From Parcubacteria group bacterium (GTDB lineage: Bacteria > Patescibacteriota > Minisyncoccia > Phycocordibacterales > UBA2100): 64,000 bases of DNA. Made by a program: the position numbers and the translations under genes. Positions 28,992 through 37,585 of the stretch are shown here, one piece after another (the first letter of the stretch is position 1; every line of letters starts with the position of its first letter). The notes below the pieces were generated by a model. That model searched no databases. It worked only from the letters and a program-made list of their open reading frames with translations, and had not been told where the DNA came from. The stretch spans positions 2,886-66,885 of the forward strand of contig CALRGX010000005.1 of the NCBI GenBank assembly GCA_943358385.1. The letters run 5' to 3'.

Positions 28992-29749
28992 TCGGTATAA
29001 AAGGTGTGGTTTCCAAACTCTCCTACTGCGCGTAGTGCGCGCCACATCCTTTTTGATTTCTCTGACATTCTCGTGTCGGTAGAACCAACATGGCTCCAAT
29101 CGGTGCGCTTGTAGTAGAGCGTACCTTTGGGGAGCTTGAGCATGTGTGCCAAGAGACCGATGGCATCGGCATACTTTTTTCCGTTGATGAGCATATCTAG
29201 TAGTGCGCGCATGTTTTTCCGGTACATTTCAGGAGGTTCTTTTTCCATGAGCTGTACCTCGCGGGTCCATGAGTATTGATTCTTTTGATACACTACGCCG
29301 CAAACTGAATTCGCAAAGCGGCGGTCTTGCGATCGCGCAAGGGTGACCAGTGCGACGGCAAGTTGGCCACGGTCGGGCTCTCCACGTGCCTCGTGGTAGA
29401 TATTTTTTATGAGACAGGAAATGTCGTCGTCGGATACCTTATCGCCTCCAGAAATCTCTATATCGGGCGAGACTACATCCTGAATGAGACTTTTTAATCG
29501 GGCTTTCTCCGCCGCGGTTGGTTCAGAAGTGGTTAGTGGTACGGCGGGTGCCTGTTGAGCAAAGGCGCTTGCTGGTGCGATGCCCGCCAGCGTTGCCGCA
29601 AGTGCCATCTGGCGAGCGGTGCGTTGCAGTTCAACTCCATCAAGTGACGCTCTCTCGGGTGGTTGCGCGGCATTTTGATCATGGCTAAACCGATCAACTA
29701 ACTGTGCAATGGTCTCCCGTTTCTTTGCCTTGCCCCTGCGTTCGCTCAT
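28988..29749 (-). CDS. Cell wall hydrolase (SleB/Hydrolase_2)
   Basis: CLIKNIYHEARGEP, VCGVVYQKNQYSW, GNHTFY. Confidence 0.85.
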   Translation of the reverse strand: MSERRGKAKKRETIAQLVDRFSHDQNAAQPPERASLDGVELQRTARQMALAATLAGIAPASAFAQQAPAVPLTTSEPTAAEKARLKSLIQDVVSPDIEISGGDKVSDDDISCLIKNIYHEARGEPDRGQLAVALVTLARSQDRRFANSVCGVVYQKNQYSWTREVQLMEKEPPEMYRKNMRALLDMLINGKKYADAIGLLAHMLKLPKGTLYYKRTDWSHVGSTDTRMSEKSKRMWRALRAVGEFGNHTFYTD

Positions 29750-29822
29750 GCTCGTATTCTAGCAAGCAAACATAGGTACTGTGTAGGAAAGGCCCGCATG
29801 CGCAGCATGCGGGCCCCACTCT

Positions 29823-30182
29823 CTACATCCACCCTGCCATCACGACCGCTGCTTCGCGTTCATTGAGTAATGTGCGTCGCACTTCCCAAACACGCTGCGA
29901 ACGGATTCCTTGCGAGGGGAAGCGTGCCTCCAGAATGAAGCGGCTGCAGAGCTCTTGGGCAGCAGCTTCGGCGCTCATGGCCTCACGCAGCGGCACCGCT
30001 TGGTTGTGCGGTGCGGTAAGCAGCACTCGCACTGATGCGCTGTGTCCAGTGACGGGCATCCAGTGGGTGAATGCGCTGAAACGCGGCCCCATGGCATCTT
30101 TGAGTGCCTCCATGGTGGCGAGGCAATCTTCGACCGGTATGGAGCGCACGCGCATTGAGGCGGGGAGTTCGCTGAAAAGCAT
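29823..30182 (-). CDS. Hypothetical protein (orphan cassette)
   Basis: GGAG SD; hairpin at about 29791-29815. Confidence 0.6.
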   Translation of the reverse strand: MLFSELPASMRVRSIPVEDCLATMEALKDAMGPRFSAFTHWMPVTGHSASVRVLLTAPHNQAVPLREAMSAEAAAQELCSRFILEARFPSQGIRSQRVWEVRRTLLNEREAAVVMAGWM

Positions 30183-30280
30183 GGCAATCTCCGTGATGCT
30201 TTGACTGCCGCGACGATAGCACAGAGCTTTGCGAAAATACATCCTTTTGCATGTGGAGGTTACCCAGGTATGATGTGCCC

Positions 30281-31177
30281 ATGGCAAGCCTCTATACACA
30301 TCGTGCATCAAATGTCAGGAAGACGTGGGCGCTGATGAGCGTGTTTTTTGTGGCGGTTATTGGTATTGGGTGGGTGCTTTCAGAAGTGTATGGAAATCCT
30401 GGCATGCTCTATACGGCCGCCTTGTTTTCAATCGGCATGAATATTTCGGCTTTTTGGTTTTCCGACAAAGTGGCGATAGCTGCAGCACGTGCAAAACCCG
30501 CAGACGGGCCAGAGTACCTCGAGCTGAATCGTATTGTGGAGAATCTCGCCATCACTGCGGGGCTCCCTAAGCCGCGTGTGTATGTGATGGACGAACCTGC
30601 GCCAAATGCATTTGCCACCGGGCGCGATGCGAAACACGCGGCAATTGCGGTGACCACCGGCTTGATGCGCACACTCGACAAAGCAGAGTTGGAAGGCGTA
30701 ATTGCACATGAGCTTTCGCACATCGGGAATCGCGACATTTTGGTAATGACGGTTGCGGTGGTGTTGGTGGGCTTCCTCTCCATTATTGGGGACATGTTTT
30801 TCCGCATGAGCGTTTTTGGAGGGAATCGTGATAGTGATAGTAAAAACGGTGGGCTCCTAGCAATTCTTGCAGTTGTGGCGCTGGTGATTGCACCAATTGC
30901 GGCCCAGTTGATGCAGTTGGCGATTTCACGCAAGCGCGAGTTTCTGGCGGATGCTTCAGGTGCGCTTCTCACGCGCTACCCTGATGGCCTCGCGTCTGCA
31001 CTTCAAAAGATCGGCTCCTACAGCGCGCCGATGTCGAGTGCGAGCTCGGCCACAGCACATTTGTACATTTCGAATCCTTTTGGTAAAGAACAGGCCGGAA
31101 GATTTGTCGCGAAATTGTTTGCCACACATCCGCCCATGGAAGAACGCATAGCGGCACTCAACGACATGCGCCTGTAA
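30281..31177 (+). CDS. htpX: Zinc metalloprotease HtpX (M48)
   Basis: PNAFATG, HELSH, SRKREFLAD, THPP. Confidence 0.93.
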   Translation: MASLYTHRASNVRKTWALMSVFFVAVIGIGWVLSEVYGNPGMLYTAALFSIGMNISAFWFSDKVAIAAARAKPADGPEYLELNRIVENLAITAGLPKPRVYVMDEPAPNAFATGRDAKHAAIAVTTGLMRTLDKAELEGVIAHELSHIGNRDILVMTVAVVLVGFLSIIGDMFFRMSVFGGNRDSDSKNGGLLAILAVVALVIAPIAAQLMQLAISRKREFLADASGALLTRYPDGLASALQKIGSYSAPMSSASSATAHLYISNPFGKEQAGRFVAKLFATHPPMEERIAALNDMRL

Positions 31178-31188
31178 AAGCGCCTAGT

Positions 31189-31767
31189 ATGAAAGAAAGC
31201 ATACCCAACCTACTCACTATTTTCCGTGTGCTGCTCACTTTGGTGGCGATTGCGCTCGTGCCTTTCTCGCCCATTCATTTCTATGAATGGCTTCTGGTGA
31301 TATTCATACTGGCCGCTGCGACGGACAATCTGGATGGCTACCTAGCACGACGTTGGCGTGTAGAATCTGATTTTGGAAAAATCTTTGACCCACTTGCTGA
31401 TAAGGTGCTGACGTTTATTTTCCTCGTGATCCTTTACAGCACAGGCACCATTCCTGCGGTCATCATCCTCCTGCTCATTGTGCGCGATTTGGTGGTGGAT
31501 AGCGTACGCGCTGTTGGTGCAGCACAAGGGAAGGTGGTGCAGGCAATCATGACGGCAAAAATTAAAACCGTGCTGCTGTTTGTGTTGATTATCGCCGCTC
31601 TCAGCTCACTCACCCTCGGTGCAGGCAATGCCGTGCAGCCGTTGGTTATGCCGCTTGCCATCGCCGCGCTCCTATTTTCGTATGTCAGCGCTGCACAGTA
31701 TGGTGTCGTTTTTTGGCAGCACTACAGAATCGTGAAAAGCAGCGAAAAGAAATCATCAGCCCAGTAG
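31189..31767 (+). CDS. pgsA: CDP-diacylglycerol-glycerol-3-phosphate phosphatidyltransferase
   Basis: PNLLTIFR, TDNLDGYLARR...FGKIFDPLADK. Confidence 0.85.
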   Translation: MKESIPNLLTIFRVLLTLVAIALVPFSPIHFYEWLLVIFILAAATDNLDGYLARRWRVESDFGKIFDPLADKVLTFIFLVILYSTGTIPAVIILLLIVRDLVVDSVRAVGAAQGKVVQAIMTAKIKTVLLFVLIIAALSSLTLGAGNAVQPLVMPLAIAALLFSYVSAAQYGVVFWQHYRIVKSSEKKSSAQ

Positions 31768-32210
31768 GAGAGGGTGATGATGAGGCGGTCGCGTGGGCTC
31801 ACCAGGCGGTCCTTCAGGAGGAATGCTCGGCCGCCGATGTTGCGAGCGAACAAACCGTCGGTAAAAAATTTGTCGCCAATCACGAGGAACTGCGTGTGCT
31901 CGTCGTGCGGGATGGCGGCGAGGATGCGGGCGCTTGGCTTTCTGCGCGGCGATTCAACAAGCGGGATGCCCAACTCTTGGGCGAATCTGCGCGCGCGAGT
32001 CCGGTCGCGCGTGTTGGTGACCAAGAGTACACGGGTGAGGCTCACCAGCTGCTGCGCGCAGGCACGCGCGTGGGTGTCCATGTCATCATCACCATCTGCT
32101 GCAAGCACGCCGTCTACATCAAGCAGTACGAGGTGCTCTTTGTGGACAGCGGCGAGAATTTCTTCCCACGTCTTTCGTTCAACATGTAATTTCTTTCGGG
32201 GGGTATGCAT
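31722..32210 (-). CDS. HAD-IIIA phosphatase (YqeG/Gep4-like)
   Basis: LDVDGVL, LVTN, RKPS, IGDKFFTDG. Confidence 0.8.
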   Translation of the reverse strand: MHTPRKKLHVERKTWEEILAAVHKEHLVLLDVDGVLAADGDDDMDTHARACAQQLVSLTRVLLVTNTRDRTRARRFAQELGIPLVESPRRKPSARILAAIPHDEHTQFLVIGDKFFTDGLFARNIGGRAFLLKDRLVSPRDRLIITLSYWADDFFSLLFTIL

Positions 32211-32213
32211 AAG

Positions 32214-32960
32214 CTACGCAATTTCAAGCAATAGTGGGAAGTGATCGGATCCATGGAGCCCGAGCCGCTTTTGCTTGAGTACGGTGAGATGCAGTGGCAC
32301 TAGGATGTAATCGAGCTGATTCGGAACCTTCCAAAAAGTGATGGTGCGACGGAAGGGATTTTTGAGCTGGTACAAATCGAGGAGCGCATGGAGAATGTTG
32401 CGCTCGTGAATCTGGATTTCGTGCAGCTTGTAGCCAAAATATTTCCATACGAATAAATTGAGAAAGGGTTTACCAAAGGTATTAAAGTCGCCGCAGATGA
32501 TGTTCATCCGCTCGCGGCTGAGGCTCTCGACCACTTCACGAAATTGGGAGAGGCGGTGGTAGGGGCCAGCTTCACACTTGAAGTGCGTGTTGAAAATGCG
32601 AAATTTTCCCTGCGGTGCATCTACTTCAACAAACTGAGAATCTGCCTTGTAGTCGGCATAGGTGGTATCGAAGCCAGAGACATGCTCGTAGTGATACTGG
32701 TGGGGGACTATCTTCTGACTCACGATGGGAAATTTTGATGCAATCACCATGTACAGTTTTTCAGTGGCTTTTTTGGGATTGCGGAAGCGCATAATCTCCT
32801 CGTTGAGTGTGATGTGCATGCCGAGCTTTTCAAGCAGTGGTGCGTGTCGTTGGGGGAGTTCTTGGAGGCAGATAATATCCGCATCTTGTTCCTTCAGAAA
32901 ATCAATCGCCTCCGGGATGCGTTTGTTCTTGTTGTACATGTTCCAGGTGATGATTTTCAT
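32214..32960 (-). CDS. Endonuclease/exonuclease/phosphatase family protein
   Basis: ITWN, CLQE, CGDFN, LDYI, SDHFP. Confidence 0.9.
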   Translation of the reverse strand: MKIITWNMYNKNKRIPEAIDFLKEQDADIICLQELPQRHAPLLEKLGMHITLNEEIMRFRNPKKATEKLYMVIASKFPIVSQKIVPHQYHYEHVSGFDTTYADYKADSQFVEVDAPQGKFRIFNTHFKCEAGPYHRLSQFREVVESLSRERMNIICGDFNTFGKPFLNLFVWKYFGYKLHEIQIHERNILHALLDLYQLKNPFRRTITFWKVPNQLDYILVPLHLTVLKQKRLGLHGSDHFPLLLEIA

Positions 32961-33009
32961 GGTCGTGCCTACTATACCACTCTCCCTGGGTAGGTGTTTA
33001 CGCTGAATA

Positions 33010-33038
33010 TTGACGTGGAACGTACTTGAAAGTATAGT
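33010..33038 (+). promoter_or_regulatory. Sigma70-type promoter of the tmRNA gene
   Basis: TTGACG-N17-TATAGT. Confidence 0.75.
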
Positions 33039-33044
33039 CCAAAA

Positions 33045-33300
33045 CGGTGTTAGGTGCGGTGTAACTAAGTGGATCGGACCCGGGGGCGGTACCCGGCGCC
33101 TCCACCAAAAACACATCGCTCTGTTCTTTACAGAAGGTGTGCTTTTGCTGGGGGCGAAATAGGATCGACGACCACCCAAAAGCTCCGCTGCTTCAACGCA
33201 AGCCGAAGCACCAACTCAAGTGCCAACCATCAGGACGGCGCTGTTCACGCCTAAGGGCTGAACGGGGTTCGGGGAGTACCTGGCAACAGAAACTCCCCAC
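33045..33300 (+). ncRNA. ssrA: Circularly permuted two-piece tmRNA, alphaproteobacterial type
   Basis: T-arm CCGGG-GGCGGTA-CCCGG plus CGCCTCC-A-CCA (33080-33107) precedes the 5' acceptor GGGGGCG-AAATAGGATCGAC (33150); G3:U70 pair; tag frame 33222-33254 ANHQDGAVHA*; 3' motif GGGGTTCGGGGAGTACCTGGCAACAGAAACTCCCC. Confidence 0.92.
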
Positions 33301-33308
33301 TCATACCA

Positions 33309-33335
33309 TGGGCCCGCTCAAAGAGAGCGGGCCCA
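33309..33335 (+). terminator. Hairpin after tmRNA
   Basis: TGGGCCCGCTC-AAAGA-GAGCGGGCCCA. Confidence 0.7.
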
Positions 33336-33420
33336 ACTCATATCTGAGTGAATTTGACACTAGTATTTTACGGTGGTACTATATAAAAGGTACAGTAGGA
33401 AACCAAAGGAGAACAGACGA

Positions 33421-34080
33421 ATGGCCAAGCATCTCAAGAGTTCGGCAACGAACATGCGCCATTCCGACACGATCAACGCCCACACCCTGTGGGCATTCAT
33501 GAACCCCGAGTACGCAGAGGACGATATCCGTGTCGAGCGCAAGCTCGAGGCATTGGAAGATGAACTGCGCGAAACATGGGAGCCGTACGAAACTTCGCAG
33601 CCGACCCACGGTTACAACGGGCATGACCCGTTCACTGAGGCAGGTGAATTCGCACGATTCCCCAAGTCCGGCATCTATTTCCGGGACATGGAGCGGATGG
33701 ATTATGACTACAGCGGATCGGACGACGAGTTCCAAGACGAAGCTGACTACGAGCCTCAGCATCACTTTTATGACGGGTCAGTGTACGAAGACTACACCCG
33801 ATCGTCGCGGCAGGCCGACATCGACGACTGGTACGACGACTATCCGCAGTACGAATTCCCGGACTACGAGTGGGAAGCGTACGAGGCGTCACTCGTCTGC
33901 GAGCCTGATCCCACGGAGTCCGAGTACCTGGAGGACCGATACTCACTCCCGTACACGCAATCCTTGCGGATGGCGGTGCGCGAACGAGTGAATGGCGACA
34001 TGGAGAGCTGCCGGTGGAATGGGCCGTATTCGCGTGGCAAACGCTGCAAGCCTTCGCACCGGCCGCGCGCTGGCCGCTGA
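33421..34080 (+). CDS. Highly acidic Asp/Glu/Tyr-rich protein (orphan cassette)
   Basis: TTGACA-N17-TACTAT promoter, AAGGAG SD, terminator at about 34111-34143. Confidence 0.75.
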   Translation: MAKHLKSSATNMRHSDTINAHTLWAFMNPEYAEDDIRVERKLEALEDELRETWEPYETSQPTHGYNGHDPFTEAGEFARFPKSGIYFRDMERMDYDYSGSDDEFQDEADYEPQHHFYDGSVYEDYTRSSRQADIDDWYDDYPQYEFPDYEWEAYEASLVCEPDPTESEYLEDRYSLPYTQSLRMAVRERVNGDMESCRWNGPYSRGKRCKPSHRPRAGR

Positions 34081-34165
34081 CAGTCGTCCTTGTTCGAGAT
34101 ACTAAAACACACAGCCGGAGCATTCGCTCCGGCTGTACTTTTTCTATTCGTATTCGCTAAGATGT

Positions 34166-34747
34166 CTATCCGCGCATCGCTTTCAGGCCGCGTGTCCATT
34201 TAAGGAGCTGTTGAATCATGACACCTGCTTTCTCTTCATACTTTGCAAATAGTTCAGCGGGCGTGCCTTTGCCAAACAGCACAGGGAAGTAGTCGTTCCC
34301 CAAGAGGTGAACTGCCTCGCGCACCGGTGCCATTTGCAATTCGATGGCAACCAAGCGCAGGTGCTCGACGGCGCGTGCTCCGCCTACTGATCCGTAGGCG
34401 ACGAATGCTACTGGCTTGTCGTTCCATTCCTGGTACACCCAGTCCATCGCATTTTTGAGCACACCTGAAGTAGAGTGATTGTACTCGGGAGTTACGATGA
34501 CGTAGCCATCTGCCTCTGCAATCTTCTTGGTGAATCGCGCTACAGCCTCGTGAGTATAGGGCGCGGTTTTAAATGCTGGGCTCACCGGCTCATTGAAAAG
34601 CGGCATGTCGTAGTCGCGTAAATCAAGCATTTCTGCAACGACACCTTCTTGCTTTGCGAGGTGTTCGGCAACCCAGGCGGCTGCCTTATCACCAAACCTT
34701 CCTTCACGCGTGCTGCCAATAATCACTTTTATGTTGAGTGGTGCCAT
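34166..34747 (-). CDS. NADPH-dependent FMN reductase
   Basis: GSTREGR, TPEYNHS, LKNAMDW, GGARA. Confidence 0.9.
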   Translation of the reverse strand: MAPLNIKVIIGSTREGRFGDKAAAWVAEHLAKQEGVVAEMLDLRDYDMPLFNEPVSPAFKTAPYTHEAVARFTKKIAEADGYVIVTPEYNHSTSGVLKNAMDWVYQEWNDKPVAFVAYGSVGGARAVEHLRLVAIELQMAPVREAVHLLGNDYFPVLFGKGTPAELFAKYEEKAGVMIQQLLKWTRGLKAMRG

Positions 34748-34786
34748 ACATATGTTGAAAAGAGTAATACCTCTAGCGTAGCGTGC

Positions 34787-34846
34787 CACTTTACAAAGTA
34801 AAGTGAATACAACGCTGCACGACAACTACTTTACATTGTAAAGTAG
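34787..34846. promoter_or_regulatory. Two palindromic operators in the divergent promoter
   Basis: CACTTTACAAAGTAAAGTG and CTACTTTACATTGTAAAGTAG. Confidence 0.75.
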
Positions 34847-34872
34847 CGATTCGTTTGCTATGCTCCTCGTAT

Positions 34873-35166
34873 ATGGCGGAGAGCCCCAAAGAAGTGTGCC
34901 CCATCACCAAAGTAGCCGAGCTCCTCTCGGATACCTGGACGATGCTTATTATGCGAGCCCTCACTGAAGGGTCCAAGCGATTTACCGAGCTAGAGGTATG
35001 GTTGGGTGACATATCCTCACGCACGCTCACTCTGAAGCTGGCCAAGCTGCAAGAGCAAGGCTTGGTAGAAAAAACCCAAGAAGGCACCTACCAGGCCACC
35101 AAAAAAGGGAAGGGCTTGAAAATGATTGAAAAGGCAATGGTGAAGTACAGTAAGGAGTATCTGTAG
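34873..35166 (+). CDS. HxlR-family winged-helix regulator
   Basis: CPI...LLSDTWTMLI...KRFTEL...ISSRTLTLKL. Confidence 0.9.
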   Translation: MAESPKEVCPITKVAELLSDTWTMLIMRALTEGSKRFTELEVWLGDISSRTLTLKLAKLQEQGLVEKTQEGTYQATKKGKGLKMIEKAMVKYSKEYL

Positions 35167-35211
35167 TTCTTGCCTGTGCACTACGGCAAAGTTGGGTATA
35201 ATCCAACCCAC

Positions 35212-35301
35212 GGAGGGTTCGCATAGTGGTCTAGTGCACGTCCCTGGAAAGGACGAGTCTGGGAAACCGGACCGAGAGTTCGAATCTCTCACCCTCCGCC
35301 A
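35212..35301 (+). tRNA. tRNA-Ser(GGA), CCA encoded
   Basis: Cloverleaf with long variable arm; anticodon loop CTGGAAA. Confidence 0.95.
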
Positions 35302-35417
35302 ACACAATTTAGTCTCGGAGTCAACTCACTTGCCTGAGCAAGTGGTGCGACTCACATACATAAATTGCAACAAAAAAACACGATAATCTCGTGTATTTTT
35401 TGTTGCAAGAGTAACTC

Positions 35418-35837
35418 TCAATAAGACTTTAGCCACTCATTCATCATTTTAATTTCAACCTCTTGAGCTTTTATTATATTCTCTGCAAAAGTCCTAATTT
35501 CAGGATTTACAGTTTTGTCTTGTAGTAACAATTTGGCCATGTCTACAGCACCTTGATGATGAGGTATCATGCCAGCAATAAATTCTTTTTCTAGAGCTTT
35601 ACCTGTTTTACCTTTCATCATCCCGACCATGTCTGTCATGGTCATATCCATCATACTGTTACCAGTATTCATCATCATTGAACCATCTGGCATTTGATGC
35701 ATATTCTGCATTGTTTTCTGTGCACCAGTTAGATTGTTTATTCGCTCTTTATCTTTCTGTACGATATCTCCGAAGTGAAATACCCATGTAGAGATGAGTG
35801 CTATTGCTAATACGATTGTAGAAATTTTGTAATTCAT
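35418..35837 (-). CDS. DUF305 (CopM-like) Met-rich metal-binding protein
   Basis: FIAGMIPHHQGAVDMA...IIKAQEVEIKMM. Confidence 0.88.
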   Translation of the reverse strand: MNYKISTIVLAIALISTWVFHFGDIVQKDKERINNLTGAQKTMQNMHQMPDGSMMMNTGNSMMDMTMTDMVGMMKGKTGKALEKEFIAGMIPHHQGAVDMAKLLLQDKTVNPEIRTFAENIIKAQEVEIKMMNEWLKSY

Positions 35838-35872
35838 AAATCTGTTTATTAATTAATAATACTTTGGGGACA

Positions 35873-36517
35873 TTACATTGCCATATGCCCCATACTTAAA
35901 GTTGTGATCACCATATAGAGAGCCATAAGTGCCATAAATAGATTCTCGAAAAGAGTTACCTTTGTCATTGGTACAGAGAAAACTGTTCCTAAGCATGCAC
36001 AAGGTATCTCATCTTTGTTTTGAAGTGCTTTCCAGACCCCTATAGTACCTATAGACATAATAATAAAGGTAAACACGTCTCTGTATATTCCACCAATGAC
36101 AAAGAAGTACAGTACTCCAAGCCCTATTTCAATAAATGGATACAGAAGTGCGTATGTGCGAGACTTCTTTGCCAAGATATCATACGTCATGTAAGCGTCT
36201 GCAAAAGCACTCAAATTGGGTAGTTTAAATAATCCAAAAACAAGAAAGAAATAGGACATCATGTACATCATTCCTGTCATAAAGCTATAATCTTGTTTGA
36301 GATACATAGAGACAATAGTCAAAATTGTAATGACTCCGATCATAGCTATTAATGGTAATAGTTTTTGGAAAGTTGATTGATGTGGAAGATTCAAGACTTT
36401 TATTGATTGTTCGGTTTTGTGGTGTTCACAAAAGTAATGAGGACTACCATTTGTGTTCTCATAATAGGTGCCAGCCATACTACACTTCTCACATTTGTTG
36501 TATTTTATTGCATGCAT
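35873..36517 (-). CDS. MauE/DoxX-like heavy-metal membrane protein
   Basis: N-terminal CxxC...CxxH; YPFIE and CACLG; paralog of 7788-8507. Confidence 0.8.
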   Translation of the reverse strand: MHAIKYNKCEKCSMAGTYYENTNGSPHYFCEHHKTEQSIKVLNLPHQSTFQKLLPLIAMIGVITILTIVSMYLKQDYSFMTGMMYMMSYFFLVFGLFKLPNLSAFADAYMTYDILAKKSRTYALLYPFIEIGLGVLYFFVIGGIYRDVFTFIIMSIGTIGVWKALQNKDEIPCACLGTVFSVPMTKVTLFENLFMALMALYMVITTLSMGHMAM

Positions 36518-36522
36518 ACAAT

Positions 36523-37007
36523 TTAATGTTGAACGCTTTCACTTCCATGATGATCTTCACCAAGTAGTGTGTTATCCATAACATAATGAGAAAACAACAT
36601 AAAAAGTATTGCTAAAATTACCACAACTGCAAGATTTCTCTTTTCTATTTTGAATCTGTCTTTCAAGAAAAATGTTACATAGGTGATAATCATTCCAAGG
36701 CCAAGAAGTATTCCAGCGTATGACGGATTATCAAGATAATGCTGTATACCACCTGACAAAAATCCAGTTGCAAACGAAAGTCCTGTGATTATAAGAAAAT
36801 AATTTAGGTTGATTTTTTGCCCATGTTCTTTTGCTTCTTTAATATTTCCTATAATAGTGAAGATTAGACCTATACCAATTAGAACCACATATCTAGTAAC
36901 TCCATTTTGGAGTGTTCCGATATGAACTACTGACCCTGCGATAAGGGCAACTCCTAAATATTTGCAATATAAGTAAAAAATGCATAATGTGATTTATTTA
37001 TATCCAT
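36523..37007 (-). CDS. Membrane protein, frameshifted near 36961
   Basis: MDINKSHYAFFTYIA joins KYLGVALIAGSVVHIG...SGGIQHY if one A is added. Confidence 0.65.
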
Positions 37008-37008
37008 A

Positions 37009-37281
37009 CTATTTCCTCTTTAGCTTATAGACTTTAATAATCTCCTCTTGCATTTCCTTGATTCGACTTTTATTTGTGTCTTTTGTAAGACAGTGGGCAA
37101 GGTGGCTCTGTAGCATCTCATCTTCAAGGGAAGAGATGGCACTTTTTATAGCACTTGTTTGAGTAATGATATCAATACAGTATTTATCTGCTTGAATCAT
37201 CTTTTCAACTCCCTCCAGTTGTCCCATTATGCGTTTAATGCGACTAACTATTTTTTTGTTATCTTTGTGTACTCCGTGCAT
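37009..37281 (-). CDS. csoR: CsoR/RcnR-family metal-sensing repressor
   Basis: RIKRIMGQLEGVEKMI...CIDIITQ...HLAHC. Confidence 0.9.
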   Translation of the reverse strand: MHGVHKDNKKIVSRIKRIMGQLEGVEKMIQADKYCIDIITQTSAIKSAISSLEDEMLQSHLAHCLTKDTNKSRIKEMQEEIIKVYKLKRK

Positions 37282-37283
37282 AT

Positions 37284-37367
37284 TTATTTACAGCAATTAG
37301 AACCACAATTTGAACAAGCACACTTCTCACATTTACATGTGATACAAGAGCATTTTGTATTTTTCAT
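37284..37367 (-). CDS. Metallothionein-like 27-aa peptide (not in ORF track)
   Basis: MKNTKCSCITCKCEKCACSNCGSNCCK*, 9 Cys, ends 2 bp before csoR. Confidence 0.8.
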   Translation of the reverse strand: MKNTKCSCITCKCEKCACSNCGSNCCK

Positions 37368-37421
37368 AATAATAGAGATATTGTAGTGGGTTATGGTAAT
37401 GGACTAGAATATCTTGTATAT

Positions 37422-37450
37422 ATTATATACCCTATGGGGGTATATTGCAA
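37422..37450 (-). promoter_or_regulatory. Promoter with embedded CsoR-type operator
   Basis: TTGCAA-N17-TATAAT on the minus strand; the spacer contains TACCC-TATGG-GGGTA. Confidence 0.8.
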
Positions 37451-37585
37451 CTAGTCTATAAGCGTTAATTCTTTATCTTTATACACGATCTTGCTCCGCA
37501 GATTTGCTAATAGCTCTCGCTTCTCTGTGACCGCACCCTCTTTCAGAATGTATTTTGCATAATTTCGTATATCAGTATCAGGTGC
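37451..37585 (-). pseudogene. C-terminal remnant resembling CPR large serine recombinases
   Basis: DTDIRNYAKYILKEGAVTEKRELLANLRSKIVYKDKELTLID*; no start codon, in-frame stop upstream; family recognised from memory. Confidence 0.55.

Noticed and set aside
33080-33107. tRNA fragment or attachment-site scar ending in CCA
   Set aside because: It pairs with the downstream GGGGGCG strand and is explained as the acceptor piece of the permuted tmRNA.
33069-33254. 61-aa ORF ending ANHQDGAVHA
   Set aside because: It overlaps the tmRNA structure; only the last 10 codons are meaningful, as the tag frame.
36961-36963. Programmed frameshift in the island membrane gene
   Set aside because: There is no slippery heptamer or stimulator; a single-base deletion error or recent mutation is more likely.
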